From: Gammaproteobacteria bacterium
GTDB taxonomy: Bacteria > Pseudomonadota > Gammaproteobacteria > JACCXJ01
Direction of reading: 5' to 3'
DNA length: 58,782 nt
Assembly: GCA_050740755.1 (NCBI GenBank)
Contig: JBOIDT010000001.1
Coordinates: forward strand, 1 to 58,782
Positions 28,044-37,477 of the stretch are shown here, one piece after another; the stretch's first letter is position 1, and the number at the start of each line of letters is the position of its first letter. The notes under the pieces were generated by a model. It had not been told where the DNA came from, did no database searches, and worked only from the letters and a program-made list of their open reading frames with translations. The position numbers and the translations under genes are program-made.

Positions 28044-29030
28044 ATGGAGTTTATCACCGATTATGGTCTGTTCGTCGCCAAGCTAGCGACCCTGTTGGTG
28101 TTTCTGTTGGCGCTGACGTTTGGCCTGGCGGCCATTCGCAAGCGTGGCAAGGCGGGGCAGGAAGAGCGCTTGGAGGTGAAGCGCCTGAATGACAAGTACG
28201 ACGCCATGGCGCTGGCGCTGCGAGCGGCGATGGGACCCAAGCGCGCGTTCAAGCGGGCGCACAGGGCGTTCAAGGCCGAGCGTAAGGCCCGGGCCAAGGA
28301 CGCCGGCGGAGACGGGTCGGGCGCCAGGAAGCGCGTGTTCGTCCTGCGCTTCCAGGGTGATCTTCGCGCTTCAGCGGTGGCGGCGCTACGTGAGGAGGTG
28401 ACCGCGGTCCTGACGGTTGCGACCCCGAACGATGAAGTCGTCGTGATCCTGGAGAGCCCGGGCGGGGTGGTCCACGGCTATGGCTTGGCCGCGTCCCAGT
28501 TGCAGCGCTTCAAAGACCATGGCATCTCGCTGACAGTGGCGGTCGACAAGGTGGCGGCCAGCGGTGGCTATCTCATGGCCTGTGTCGCCCGGCGTATCAT
28601 CGCGGCCCCGTTCGCGATCCTCGGCTCCATTGGCGTGGTGGGCCAGATGCCGAATTTCAACCGGCTACTCAAGAGCCATGATGTGGACTACGAGCTGATC
28701 ACGGCCGGCGAGCACAAACGCACCCTCACCCTGTTCGGCGAGAACACCGAGAAGGGGCGGGAGAAGTTCCGCGAAGACATCGAGATCACCCATACCCTGT
28801 TCAAGGACTTCGTCAGGACCCATCGTCCGGATGTGGACATCGAAAGGGTCTCGACGGGCGAGCACTGGTACGGGCTTCAAGCCCTGGACCTCAAGCTCGT
28901 CGATGCGGTGCGCACGAGTGACGACTATCTGAGGGAGGCCGGCGCCGAGGCCGATCTGTACGAGCTGACTTACGTCCGCAAGCGTCGTGGATGGGAGCGG
29001 ATGCTATCGCCTGGGGCGTGGTGGGGCTAG
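28044..29030 (+). CDS. sohB: Inner-membrane peptidase SohB (S49 family)
   Basis: MEFITDYGLFVAKLATLLVF... ...ESPGGVVHGYGLAASQLQRFKDHGISLTVAVDKVAASGGYLMACVA...GEHKRTLTLFGENTEKGREKFRED is collinear with E. coli SohB. Confidence 0.9.
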   Translation: MEFITDYGLFVAKLATLLVFLLALTFGLAAIRKRGKAGQEERLEVKRLNDKYDAMALALRAAMGPKRAFKRAHRAFKAERKARAKDAGGDGSGARKRVFVLRFQGDLRASAVAALREEVTAVLTVATPNDEVVVILESPGGVVHGYGLAASQLQRFKDHGISLTVAVDKVAASGGYLMACVARRIIAAPFAILGSIGVVGQMPNFNRLLKSHDVDYELITAGEHKRTLTLFGENTEKGREKFREDIEITHTLFKDFVRTHRPDVDIERVSTGEHWYGLQALDLKLVDAVRTSDDYLREAGAEADLYELTYVRKRRGWERMLSPGAWWG

Positions 29031-29048
29031 GGGTCCCGGCCCCTTTCG

Positions 29049-29864
29049 TCAGCGCTGGCAGCGTGGACAGAAGTAGGCCGAGCGCTGGCCGAGGCGCACT
29101 TGGCGTACCGGGGCGCCACAGCGCCCGCAGGCCCCCCCGGCGCGGCCATAGACTTTGAGGTGCTGCGCGAAGTAGCCCGGTCTCCCGCTCGTGTCGGTGA
29201 AGTCCCGCAAGGTCGTCCCACCGTCCCGGATGGCCCGTTCCAGTACCTCGCGGATGGCCGCGCCGAGGCGCTCGTAGCGGCTCGGCGAGATCCGACGTGC
29301 CGGCCGGGTCGGACGGATCCCGGCAGCGTACAGAGCCTCGCTGGCGTAGATGTTCCCGACACCGGCGACGGTGTGGCTGTCCATGATGAAATTCTTGACG
29401 GACACTCGCCTGCCACGCGCCCGGCCGTATAGATAGGCCCCGGTGAAGCCCGCATCCCAGGGCTCCGGGCCGAGTGCGGCGAGCAGGGGGTGGTGCTCGG
29501 GCGGCTCGCGCGTCCACAAGACGACCCCGAAGCGACGCGGGTCTCGCAATCGCAGGCAGGTCTCCTCACCGATCACGAGGTCGAGATGCTCGTGGGGGCC
29601 GGGTGCCGTGGGGAGCGACACCAGGCGCAGGCTCCCCGACATCCCGAGATGCAGGATCACCGTTCCGGTCCGGGCCTCGAGGAAGAGGTACTTGCCGCGC
29701 CGGCGCACGGCGGCTATGGGTTGGCCCGGCAGCTCTTGGACCAACGCGACGGGAACGGGCCAGCGCAGGCGTGGATCCCGGACCACGACCGCCGTAACGC
29801 ACCTGCCGAGCAGATGGGGGGTGATCCCGCGGCGGGTGGTCTCGACTTCCGGCAGCTCGGGCAC
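29049..29864 (-). CDS. mutM: Formamidopyrimidine-DNA glycosylase
   Basis: MPELPEVETTRRGI...; C-terminal zinc finger CGRCGAPV...GQRSAYFCPRCQ. Confidence 0.95.
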   Translation of the reverse strand: MPELPEVETTRRGITPHLLGRCVTAVVVRDPRLRWPVPVALVQELPGQPIAAVRRRGKYLFLEARTGTVILHLGMSGSLRLVSLPTAPGPHEHLDLVIGEETCLRLRDPRRFGVVLWTREPPEHHPLLAALGPEPWDAGFTGAYLYGRARGRRVSVKNFIMDSHTVAGVGNIYASEALYAAGIRPTRPARRISPSRYERLGAAIREVLERAIRDGGTTLRDFTDTSGRPGYFAQHLKVYGRAGGACGRCGAPVRQVRLGQRSAYFCPRCQR

Positions 29865-29915
29865 CCTGTTGTATCCTTTTATCTCTTTTTGGCTTTTTGG
29901 TCCGTGCGGCGCTGT

Positions 29916-30779
29916 CTAGGGCTCGGCCGCCGGGTCGCTGGGCGGCGGGTCTTGGGCCATGTCGCCACTCGCCTCCTGCCCGGCCCTTGGGTTTTCAGTG
30001 CGCGCGGGCCGGAGCAGCCGCTCCGCCATCCCGCTGCCCAATTGGTACTCGAGCCCCCGCTCCGGCCGCGCGAGGACCAGCTCAGGCTCGCGGGCCAGGA
30101 CCTCGAAGCGCAACGCCGGGGCGTCCTTCAGTTCCAGGGTGACCGTGTGCTGGGATGCCGCGTCGCGGCGTTTGCGGACCGCGAGCGCCTGGGCGGATAG
30201 CCAGTCTTCCGCGAGTCTCGCCAAGGCTTCGTCCGCAACCGCGGCGTCCTCGGGGCGCAGCACCCAGCCGCTCTCCCGGTGTTCCACGGTCGCCCCGGGC
30301 AACTCGATCGCGGTCAACTCCCGGCCCTCTTCGACGAGCCGCGGGCTCACGAAATCGCCGGGGTCTGCGAGCAACGGGTCGTACCAGGCGTCCATCGTGA
30401 GGTGCACCTGGTCCTTGTAGAGCACATAGCGCTGGCCGTTCATCGGGCTCGTGTCACCGAAAGCGAAACCATCGCCGTCCACCTCCATGCGAACCTTGGG
30501 TTCGGCGAGGCCGAAGCGCTCGAGGTCATGCCGCTCGGCGGGGAACGACGCCTGGCTCGTGCCTTCCAGAAAGCCCAGGATCGACTGGACCCGACCGGGG
30601 TTCGCGGGCACCGAATAGGGGGCCCGCATCATCCAGCGCTTGCCTTCCTTCGCGAGTACGATGGCCTCGCCATCCTTACGTGTAACCGTGATGGCCTTGA
30701 CCGCCCGTCCGTCGATCGCGGTCAGCCGGGGAAGCTGCTTCGGCGCATCGAGACCAGGCTCGTATACGGCCAGCAACAC
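29916..30779 (-). CDS. DUF4340-like protein, partner of the GldG-type ABC system. The true start is probably upstream (see findings).
   Basis: 287-aa ORF from GTG 30779. The in-frame upstream sequence encodes the expected N-terminal TM helix (LNARLALNLGLIGLVGILVLLAV) but holds no canonical start codon. Confidence 0.7.
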   Translation of the reverse strand: MLLAVYEPGLDAPKQLPRLTAIDGRAVKAITVTRKDGEAIVLAKEGKRWMMRAPYSVPANPGRVQSILGFLEGTSQASFPAERHDLERFGLAEPKVRMEVDGDGFAFGDTSPMNGQRYVLYKDQVHLTMDAWYDPLLADPGDFVSPRLVEEGRELTAIELPGATVEHRESGWVLRPEDAAVADEALARLAEDWLSAQALAVRKRRDAASQHTVTLELKDAPALRFEVLAREPELVLARPERGLEYQLGSGMAERLLRPARTENPRAGQEASGDMAQDPPPSDPAAEP

Positions 30780-30843
30780 CAGGATCCCGACGAGTCCGAT
30801 GAGGCCGAGGTTGAGCGCCAGGCGCGCGTTCAGTGCGTCTCCC

Positions 30844-32247
30844 TCACGCGCGGCGCCGCCTTAGCCAAACGAAGAACCCCATCCCGCCGAGCACGGCAGG
30901 TAACAGCATCAGGAACCCCGTGCTGATCAGCGCGGCCTGGGCGTCGGAGAGGTCGAGCCTGCGGTCGATGGCCGTGCCGGCCGGGACCTCGATCAAGGCC
31001 TCGTCGCTGGCCAGCCAATTGACGGTCTTGAGCCCGAGGTCCAGGTTGCCACTGTTGCCGAGATAGCTGTTCGACAAGAAGTCGCCATCCCCGAACACCA
31101 CGACCCTTTGTTCGGGCGGTGGTCTCTCCGATCCCTGTGCCTCTTCATCGGTGTTCGGTTCTTGCTTCGGCGGCTCGGCCGCGGCCGTTCGATTACGTGT
31201 CAGTCGCAGCGCGATGTCGAGCGGGCCATGGTGGTCGCTGCCCTCGTCGTAGCGCAGCTCGCCCTCGAGCTTGTCGGCCTCGATCCAGGCATCTGCCCCC
31301 GAGGAGAGCAGCGGTGCCGCCTGCCATTCGTCCCGGGTCTCGGCCTTGATCTCGCGTGCGTAGGGGAAGACCGTGAGGTAGCGGAATCCAGCGACCGGTG
31401 CCCTCGATGGATAACCGGTCACCGGCACGATCGCCGGATGGTCGATGCCGAAGATCGCGGTCGCCGGATCGACCAGGGTGCCCTGGGACAGCTTGAGCCC
31501 GAGTTCTGCGGCGAGCCCATCGAGCCCGCGCAGCGGTCCGGGGTCCACGAGCCACAGCAGGTTGCCACCCCGCTTCAGGTAGGCGGAGACGATCTCCACC
31601 TCGCGCGGCAGGTAGTCGACCTCGGGGGTCGCTATCACGAGCACCGATGTGTTTTCGGGGATCACGGGATTGCTCGCGAGGTTCAGTCCCTGGACCTTGA
31701 TCCCACGCTTGCCGAGTTGCTCCGCGAACTGGTCGAGGTCATGGTTGGCTTGGCCCAAAGGGTTGCGTTCCCCATGCCCTTCCAGGAACACCACGAAACG
31801 CTCCCCGCCCCGTAAGACGCGCTGCAGGGCGTTGGTCAGCGCCTCCTCGGTGTGCTCTTCGACGTGCTCGCTGCGGGCGGCGTAGCGGATGACCAGTTCC
31901 CCGTCGGTCTGGATGCCCAGATCGCGGACCTCGTCGGGGGCCTTGTCGGGGTCCACGAAGCGCAGGCCGATGTCGGGATTGATCCGGCGGAAGCGCTGGA
32001 TCAGGTCCTCGATCAGGCCCCGCAACTCGGCATCGGGGCGCGCGTAGCCGGTGATCTCGACCGGGCCCTGCAACCGTGTGAGCAACGCGGTGCTCGCCTC
32101 CGACAGGGTGTGGCGTCCGCCGCTGGTCCAGTCCGCGGTGTGGTGATAGCGCGTGCTGAGCCAGGCGAGGAGACCGCAGATGGCGACGAGGAGGATCGCC
32201 GACAGGGCGCTGTGTAGGCGTAACTGCCGTCGGTGCGAGACCATCAT
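30844..32247 (-). CDS. GldG-like auxiliary component of an ABC-type transport system
   Basis: Start ATGATG at 32247 with GGAG upstream. N-terminal TM helix, a large periplasmic domain (ITGYARPDAELRGLIEDLIQRFRRINPDIGLRFVDPDK...VFLEGHGE...) and a C-terminal TM helix. Confidence 0.8.
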   Translation of the reverse strand: MMVSHRRQLRLHSALSAILLVAICGLLAWLSTRYHHTADWTSGGRHTLSEASTALLTRLQGPVEITGYARPDAELRGLIEDLIQRFRRINPDIGLRFVDPDKAPDEVRDLGIQTDGELVIRYAARSEHVEEHTEEALTNALQRVLRGGERFVVFLEGHGERNPLGQANHDLDQFAEQLGKRGIKVQGLNLASNPVIPENTSVLVIATPEVDYLPREVEIVSAYLKRGGNLLWLVDPGPLRGLDGLAAELGLKLSQGTLVDPATAIFGIDHPAIVPVTGYPSRAPVAGFRYLTVFPYAREIKAETRDEWQAAPLLSSGADAWIEADKLEGELRYDEGSDHHGPLDIALRLTRNRTAAAEPPKQEPNTDEEAQGSERPPPEQRVVVFGDGDFLSNSYLGNSGNLDLGLKTVNWLASDEALIEVPAGTAIDRRLDLSDAQAALISTGFLMLLPAVLGGMGFFVWLRRRRA

Positions 32248-32258
32248 CGGGGGCTCCG

Positions 32259-33008
32259 CTAGCGCGGCAGCCGCTCGGCGTCCAGGCGCCACACGGTCAA
32301 GGTAAGGAACAGCGCCGTCAGGAGCGCGTAGTAGACGAGGTCCGCCGAATCGAATATCCCCTTGAGCAGGGGCTCGTAGTGGCCGAGGAGCGAGAGATAG
32401 CCGAGGACCCCGCTCGCCGCCCCCGATTCCCCGGCCCAATCGACGATCCAGAGGAGCAAGAGGGCGCCGAAGGTGCTCACCCCGGCCACGGTCGGGTGAT
32501 CGGTCCACGCCGAGAGGAACAACCCGATCGCCACGAAGGCGGCGATGAGCAGGCCGAGGCCCAGGAAGCCGGCGCCGAGTTGGCCGAAGTCCAGTCGCCC
32601 GCCGAGGAGCAACGCCAGGGGCATCAAGGCCACGAGCAATAGGGTGAGCATGAAGAACCCGAAGAGACCCAGGTATTTACCCAGCGCGATCTCGGTCATC
32701 GAGAGGGGCGCGGCGAGCAACAGGGTCAAGGTCCCGTTGCGGCGTTCCTCGGCGAACGTGCGCATGGTCAGGAGCGGCGCGACCAGCAAGAGCGTGATCG
32801 CGGTGTTGCCGAAGAGCGGCGCGACCACGAGATCGGTGAGCCCCGGCGCCCCTTCGAGGCCCATGAGGCGCGGCTGGAATCGCACGAACAGCTCGATGCG
32901 ACTCAAGAAGATGTAGGCCAGGATGATCTGGATCACGCAGAGCACCGCCCAGGCCAGTGGTGACGCGAACAGGCTCTGCAACTCGCGGCGCGCGATGACG
33001 CCGATCAC
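32259..33008 (-). CDS. ABC-2 type permease (GldF-like)
   Basis: Six predicted TM segments. N terminus MIGVIARRELQSLFASPLAWAVL... Confidence 0.85.
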   Translation of the reverse strand: MIGVIARRELQSLFASPLAWAVLCVIQIILAYIFLSRIELFVRFQPRLMGLEGAPGLTDLVVAPLFGNTAITLLLVAPLLTMRTFAEERRNGTLTLLLAAPLSMTEIALGKYLGLFGFFMLTLLLVALMPLALLLGGRLDFGQLGAGFLGLGLLIAAFVAIGLFLSAWTDHPTVAGVSTFGALLLLWIVDWAGESGAASGVLGYLSLLGHYEPLLKGIFDSADLVYYALLTALFLTLTVWRLDAERLPR

Positions 33009-33964
33009 GAGGCCGCCTCACTGGCCGCAGGGGCGGGTCCCTCGCCGCAGGTGATCTGCACGAAAGTCTCCTCGAGCGAGCGCGCCTCCGGCACCATCTC
33101 GTAGAGGCCCCAGCGCCCCTCCGCGGCCTGTTCCACCAGCGCTTCGACGGGGTCCCGGTCGGGCAACGAGCGGATCAGAAAGCGCTCGTCGCCGATCCGC
33201 CGCACCTCGGCGACGCCGGGAATGGCGTGCAGATACGCGATCGCGGGCGGCCGGCGCAGGGCGATGCGCAGGCCCGCGAGGTGGTGCTCGCGGGTCAGAT
33301 GCTCCACCGTGTCGTCCAGCACCACCCGGCCTTCGTGGATGATCAACACGCGGTCGCACACCGCCTGGACCTCGGGCAGGACGTGGGTCGAGAGGATGAC
33401 GCCGTGCTCGGCGCGCAGCTCGCCGATCAGCTCCCGGATCTCGCGGATCTGGATGGGGTCCAGGCCGACCGTGGGTTCGTCCAGGACCAGCACGGCCGGG
33501 CGATGGAGGATCGCCTGCGCGATCCCGACGCGCTGCTGATAGCCCTTGGAGAGGTTGCCGATCAGGCGGCCACCCACCGCTTCGAGCCCACAGCGGCGCT
33601 TGGTCCGCAGGAGCGCCGGGCCGAGTCCGGCGCGCGCGACGCGATGGATGCGCGCGCAGTACAGGAGAAATTCGTCCACCGTGAGCTCGTGGTACAGCGG
33701 GGGGTGCTCGGGGAGGTAGCCGAGATGGGCCTTGGCGTTCTTGGGCTCTGCCACGAGGTCCAGGCCGTTGACCCTGATGTCGCCGGCGCTTGGGGCGAGC
33801 GTCCCGCACAGCATCTGCATGGTGGTGGTCTTCCCGGCGCCGTTCGGCCCGAGGAAGCCCAGGACCTCGCCGCGCCGCAGTGTGAGGCTGACGGCCCGCA
33901 CGGCGCACAGCCCTCCGTAGTAACGATACAGATCGCGGGCCTCGATCAGTGTGTGCGCCGTCAT
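33005..33964 (-). CDS. ABC transporter ATP-binding protein (GldA-like)
   Basis: Internal ATG 33964. Walker A GPNGAGKTTT, signature LSKGYQQR, Walker B VLVLDEPTVGLD. It overlaps the permease start by 4 nt. Confidence 0.9.
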   Translation of the reverse strand: MTAHTLIEARDLYRYYGGLCAVRAVSLTLRRGEVLGFLGPNGAGKTTTMQMLCGTLAPSAGDIRVNGLDLVAEPKNAKAHLGYLPEHPPLYHELTVDEFLLYCARIHRVARAGLGPALLRTKRRCGLEAVGGRLIGNLSKGYQQRVGIAQAILHRPAVLVLDEPTVGLDPIQIREIRELIGELRAEHGVILSTHVLPEVQAVCDRVLIIHEGRVVLDDTVEHLTREHHLAGLRIALRRPPAIAYLHAIPGVAEVRRIGDERFLIRSLPDRDPVEALVEQAAEGRWGLYEMVPEARSLEETFVQITCGEGPAPAASEAAS

Positions 33965-34031
33965 GGGCGCGTTATTATTCCCATCTCCTTCGCGATTGCA
34001 AACCGTTCGCGGCGACCGAGGCGCCGTACCC

Positions 34032-35657
34032 ATGCCAGAAACCGTAGGCCGGTTTTTCGACGCGATAGCGGAGACCCGCGACCCGCGTGCGGCGGTGCGC
34101 GCCATGGCCATCGATTTCGATCGTCCCGGCGGCCCGGGCATCGTCGATCCCGATACCTTCCGCGCCATCGAGGTGAACACGCTCTTCGAAACCCTGAACA
34201 CCTGTCGCACCACCATCGGCCAGGCGAGCCTGTATACGTCCCTGTGCCGGCCGTGTGACGGCCTCCCTGCGATCGAGGCGCGCCAAGAGGCCCTGCGCGA
34301 GATCGATGCGCGCGACGATCTGCGTGGGCGACTCGAGTCCCTGGTGGGCTCGGCCGAGACGGGCGAGTCGATCCTCTACCACCTTCTCTTCGGGGCCTTC
34401 ACGGGCATGCTGGGCACGGCTGCCGGGAAGCTCGAATTCGACGGCTACGGCTACGCGCAGTACCGCCACGGCACGCGCTTCCTGTTGGAGATCTCTGCAA
34501 TGGCGCGTGACCTCCCGCGGCCCGAAAGCGCTTACCTCAACGAGCTGATCGATGCCCTCACCGGATTCGCCGAGACCCGCGTGTCCACCCTCATGCGCGG
34601 GCCGGTGTACCTCACCGAGCGTGGGATCCGCCTCTCGGGCGAGAAGCCCAGGTGGTGGCCGGCGTTTCGGTTTCGGCCCTCCTTGTTCAAGCCGGGGCTC
34701 CTGGTCGCTTTCGCCTTGTGCGTGGTGCTCCTCGGCCAGTTCAACCCGTTTCCGGCGGGCTTGCCCGTGTCCCCGCTCGCCGGGATCTCGTTCGTGCTGT
34801 TGCTGCCGATGGCCCTCTTGTATGTCCCGGCCGTGGGTGGATTCGACCGCGACCAGTTCGTCTATCCCTTGCGCGATCGCTTTCGGGCCGCGGACGAGGT
34901 GCGGCGGGTACTCGCGGCCCTCGGGCGGATCGACGAGTTGTTGGCCCTGCACCGCTATGCCCGGTCCTTCGGCTCCGCGACGGTCCTCCCCCGGGTGGTG
35001 GACTCGCCGAGGCATTTCCTGGCGCTCCGCGGCGTGCGCAACCCGATCCTGGGATTCGGGAACCACGACTACGTCCCGAACGACATCCACCTCAAGGACA
35101 CGCGGCTCACCTTCATCACCGGCCCCAACAGCGGCGGGAAGACCGCGCTCTGCAAGACCATCGCCCAGGTGCAACTGCTCGCCCAGATTGGCGGCTATGT
35201 CCCGGCCTCGGAAGCCGAGGCGGCGATCTCGGATCGCATCTTCTATCAGACGCCGGAGGCGGGATCGCTCGCCGACGCCGAGGGCCGTTTCGGGACCGAG
35301 TTGGCGCGCACCAAGGCGATCTTCCTCGGCACCTCGCCCAGGTCGCTGGTGATCCTGGACGAGATGGCGGAGGGCACGACCTACGAGGAGAAGCTCGCGA
35401 TCTCCGAGGCCGTCCTCTCGGGTTTCCGCCGCATCGGCAACAGCACGGTCCTCATCACCCACAACCACGAGCTGGTCGCGCGCTTCCGCCGCCAGCGAGG
35501 CGCGGCCTGCCGGCAAGTGGAGTTCGCCGGTGAGGCCGCGACCTACCGGCTTGTCGAAGGGATCTCGACGGTGAGTCACGCCGATCGGATCGCCAAGCGT
35601 TTGGGCTTTTCCCGCGAGGATATCGAGTCGTATTTACGGCAGCGGGGGTATGCGTAG
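34032..35657 (+). CDS. MutS-related protein (core domain III-like plus ATPase domain V) with internal transmembrane helices. It has no mismatch-binding domain and no Smr domain.
   Basis: LNTCRTTIGQASLYTSLCRP (MutS core). Two hydrophobic helices: LLVAFALCVVLLGQF and ISFVLLLPMALLYVPAV. Walker A ITGPNSGGKTALCKT, Walker B LVILDEMAEGT, and LITHNHEL. Confidence 0.8.
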   Translation: MPETVGRFFDAIAETRDPRAAVRAMAIDFDRPGGPGIVDPDTFRAIEVNTLFETLNTCRTTIGQASLYTSLCRPCDGLPAIEARQEALREIDARDDLRGRLESLVGSAETGESILYHLLFGAFTGMLGTAAGKLEFDGYGYAQYRHGTRFLLEISAMARDLPRPESAYLNELIDALTGFAETRVSTLMRGPVYLTERGIRLSGEKPRWWPAFRFRPSLFKPGLLVAFALCVVLLGQFNPFPAGLPVSPLAGISFVLLLPMALLYVPAVGGFDRDQFVYPLRDRFRAADEVRRVLAALGRIDELLALHRYARSFGSATVLPRVVDSPRHFLALRGVRNPILGFGNHDYVPNDIHLKDTRLTFITGPNSGGKTALCKTIAQVQLLAQIGGYVPASEAEAAISDRIFYQTPEAGSLADAEGRFGTELARTKAIFLGTSPRSLVILDEMAEGTTYEEKLAISEAVLSGFRRIGNSTVLITHNHELVARFRRQRGAACRQVEFAGEAATYRLVEGISTVSHADRIAKRLGFSREDIESYLRQRGYA

Positions 35658-35758
35658 GGGTCGGTTTCAACCCCCTTTCGCAACAACGTGTGCATGCATG
35701 CCTCTCGGCCCGAAGTCTGCTACGCTTAAAATGTTGGGAAGAAGAGGGCTTGGGGGAA

Positions 35759-36202
35759 ATGCGTCTGCGCTCCACTGCGCGGGATCACTCGGGCGCGGCC
35801 AAACGCGGCCGCCGGCTATTGGCGTTACGCGCTTGCTATGGCGTCCTGGCGCTCTGGTGCCTTGGGGCCGGCGCCGCCGGTCCACCCGTGGTGCCCTATA
35901 CCGGCTCGCGCAGCAGCGCCACATCTCTGACGCGCACCGAGCTGCGCGACATCTTCTTCGCTCGCCAGACCAAGTGGCCGAACGGCGATCCGATCCGGGT
36001 CTTCGTGCTTCCGGATCGGCATCCGCTCCATGTGCGTTTCAGCAAGGAGGTCCTGGGGGTCTATCCCTATCAGTTGCGCTCGACCTGGGATCGGATCTTG
36101 TATTCGGGGACCGGCGTACCGCCCACGGTCCTGAACACCCCGCAGGAGGTCCGCGCGCGCGTCGATGAGATGCCGGGTGCCATCGGCTATGCGGAAGAGT
36201 AG
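35759..36202 (+). CDS. Small exported PstS/PBP-like domain protein
   Basis: Signal-like LLALRACYGVLALWCLGAGAA, then LTRTELRDIFFARQTKWPNGDPIRVFVLPD...MPGAIGY, typical of short phosphate-binding-protein-like modules. Confidence 0.6.
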   Translation: MRLRSTARDHSGAAKRGRRLLALRACYGVLALWCLGAGAAGPPVVPYTGSRSSATSLTRTELRDIFFARQTKWPNGDPIRVFVLPDRHPLHVRFSKEVLGVYPYQLRSTWDRILYSGTGVPPTVLNTPQEVRARVDEMPGAIGYAEE

Positions 36203-36211
36203 GAGGAGATC

Positions 36212-37477
36212 ATGCTGAGGACAACACCACGAGGCATTGCGCGGGTTTTGGCAACGGTCATGGGGATACTGATCGGTCTAGCGACACCGGCTCATGCCAT
36301 CGACCTCGGGTTCCGCGACTTCCAGATGCACGGGTTCGCGAGCCAGGGCTATACGTATACCTCCGGCAACGACTTCTTCGGTAACAGCCAGGGCGACGGG
36401 AGCCTGGAGTTCACGGAGGTCGGCTTAAACGTCCTCGGTCACCCCTTCCCGAACCTGCTGTTGGCGGTCCAGGGCATCTACCGCGACACGGCGGGCTCCG
36501 ATAAAGAGGACTTCCGGCTCGACTACGCGAACTTCGATCTCAGCTGGCCGGTCCGCGACAATGTTACCTTAGGCATCCGCGCCGGACGGGTGAAAAACCC
36601 CTTCGGTCTCTACAACGAGGCCCGCGATGTGGTGTGGACCCGCCCGAGCGTACTCTTGCCCCAGTCCATCTATTTCGATTCTCTGGCGTTGCGCGAGATC
36701 GAGCTCGCGTCGGACGGGGGGCTCCTGTACGGCCGCTTCGCCTTCGGTGACCATGTCCTCAGCGCGGAGCTCGTGGCCTCGGACCCGCGCGCGAACGCGA
36801 GCGGGGCGGCCGACTTCATCGTCGGTGCCGATTCTCTGGCGCCTCGCGGGCTGGAGAGCGCGCCCGGGAGGCTGAGCGGTCGGCTCCTCTTGGTGGGTCG
36901 GGCGGGCTACGAGTGGCGGGAGGGGCTGGTACGCCTCCTTTTTACTGCGGTCGATTTCGACCATGATTTCGAATCCTCCTCGCCCACCTTTCCCTCGGGC
37001 AACGCCAAAGTGTTCGCGCCGCTCATCTCCGCCCAGCTCAATCTTGAGCAATGGAGCCTCACGGGCGAATACCTACGCATAGACACCAAGCGGAGCGGTT
37101 TCACGTTCCCAGACGGCAGGCTTATAGAGAACACCTCGGAGAGCTATTACCTCCAGATGGAACATCGCTTCGCTCCCGGCTGGTCGGCGCTCGCTCGCTA
37201 TGACGCCTTTTTCGTCGACATCGACGATCACGATGGCAGCGCACAAGCACGGCTGAGCGGCTTCCCGCGGGATCGCTTCTTCGCCAAGGACCTGACCTTC
37301 GGCCTGCGCTGGGAGTTTCTCAAGGACTGGCTGGTCGCGGCGGAGTATCACAACATCGACGGCACCGCGTGGCTGTCACCCGTCGACAATCCGGGGATCA
37401 ACAATCCCGCACAGGTGCGCGAGGTGAGCGACGGCCACTGGGACCTCTTCACCCTCATGTTCTCCTACCGATTCTGA
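36212..37477 (+). CDS. Outer-membrane beta-barrel protein, hypothetical
   Basis: Signal peptide ending PAHA, alternating beta pattern, and C terminus FTLMFSYRF. Confidence 0.7.
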   Translation: MLRTTPRGIARVLATVMGILIGLATPAHAIDLGFRDFQMHGFASQGYTYTSGNDFFGNSQGDGSLEFTEVGLNVLGHPFPNLLLAVQGIYRDTAGSDKEDFRLDYANFDLSWPVRDNVTLGIRAGRVKNPFGLYNEARDVVWTRPSVLLPQSIYFDSLALREIELASDGGLLYGRFAFGDHVLSAELVASDPRANASGAADFIVGADSLAPRGLESAPGRLSGRLLLVGRAGYEWREGLVRLLFTAVDFDHDFESSSPTFPSGNAKVFAPLISAQLNLEQWSLTGEYLRIDTKRSGFTFPDGRLIENTSESYYLQMEHRFAPGWSALARYDAFFVDIDDHDGSAQARLSGFPRDRFFAKDLTFGLRWEFLKDWLVAAEYHNIDGTAWLSPVDNPGINNPAQVREVSDGHWDLFTLMFSYRF

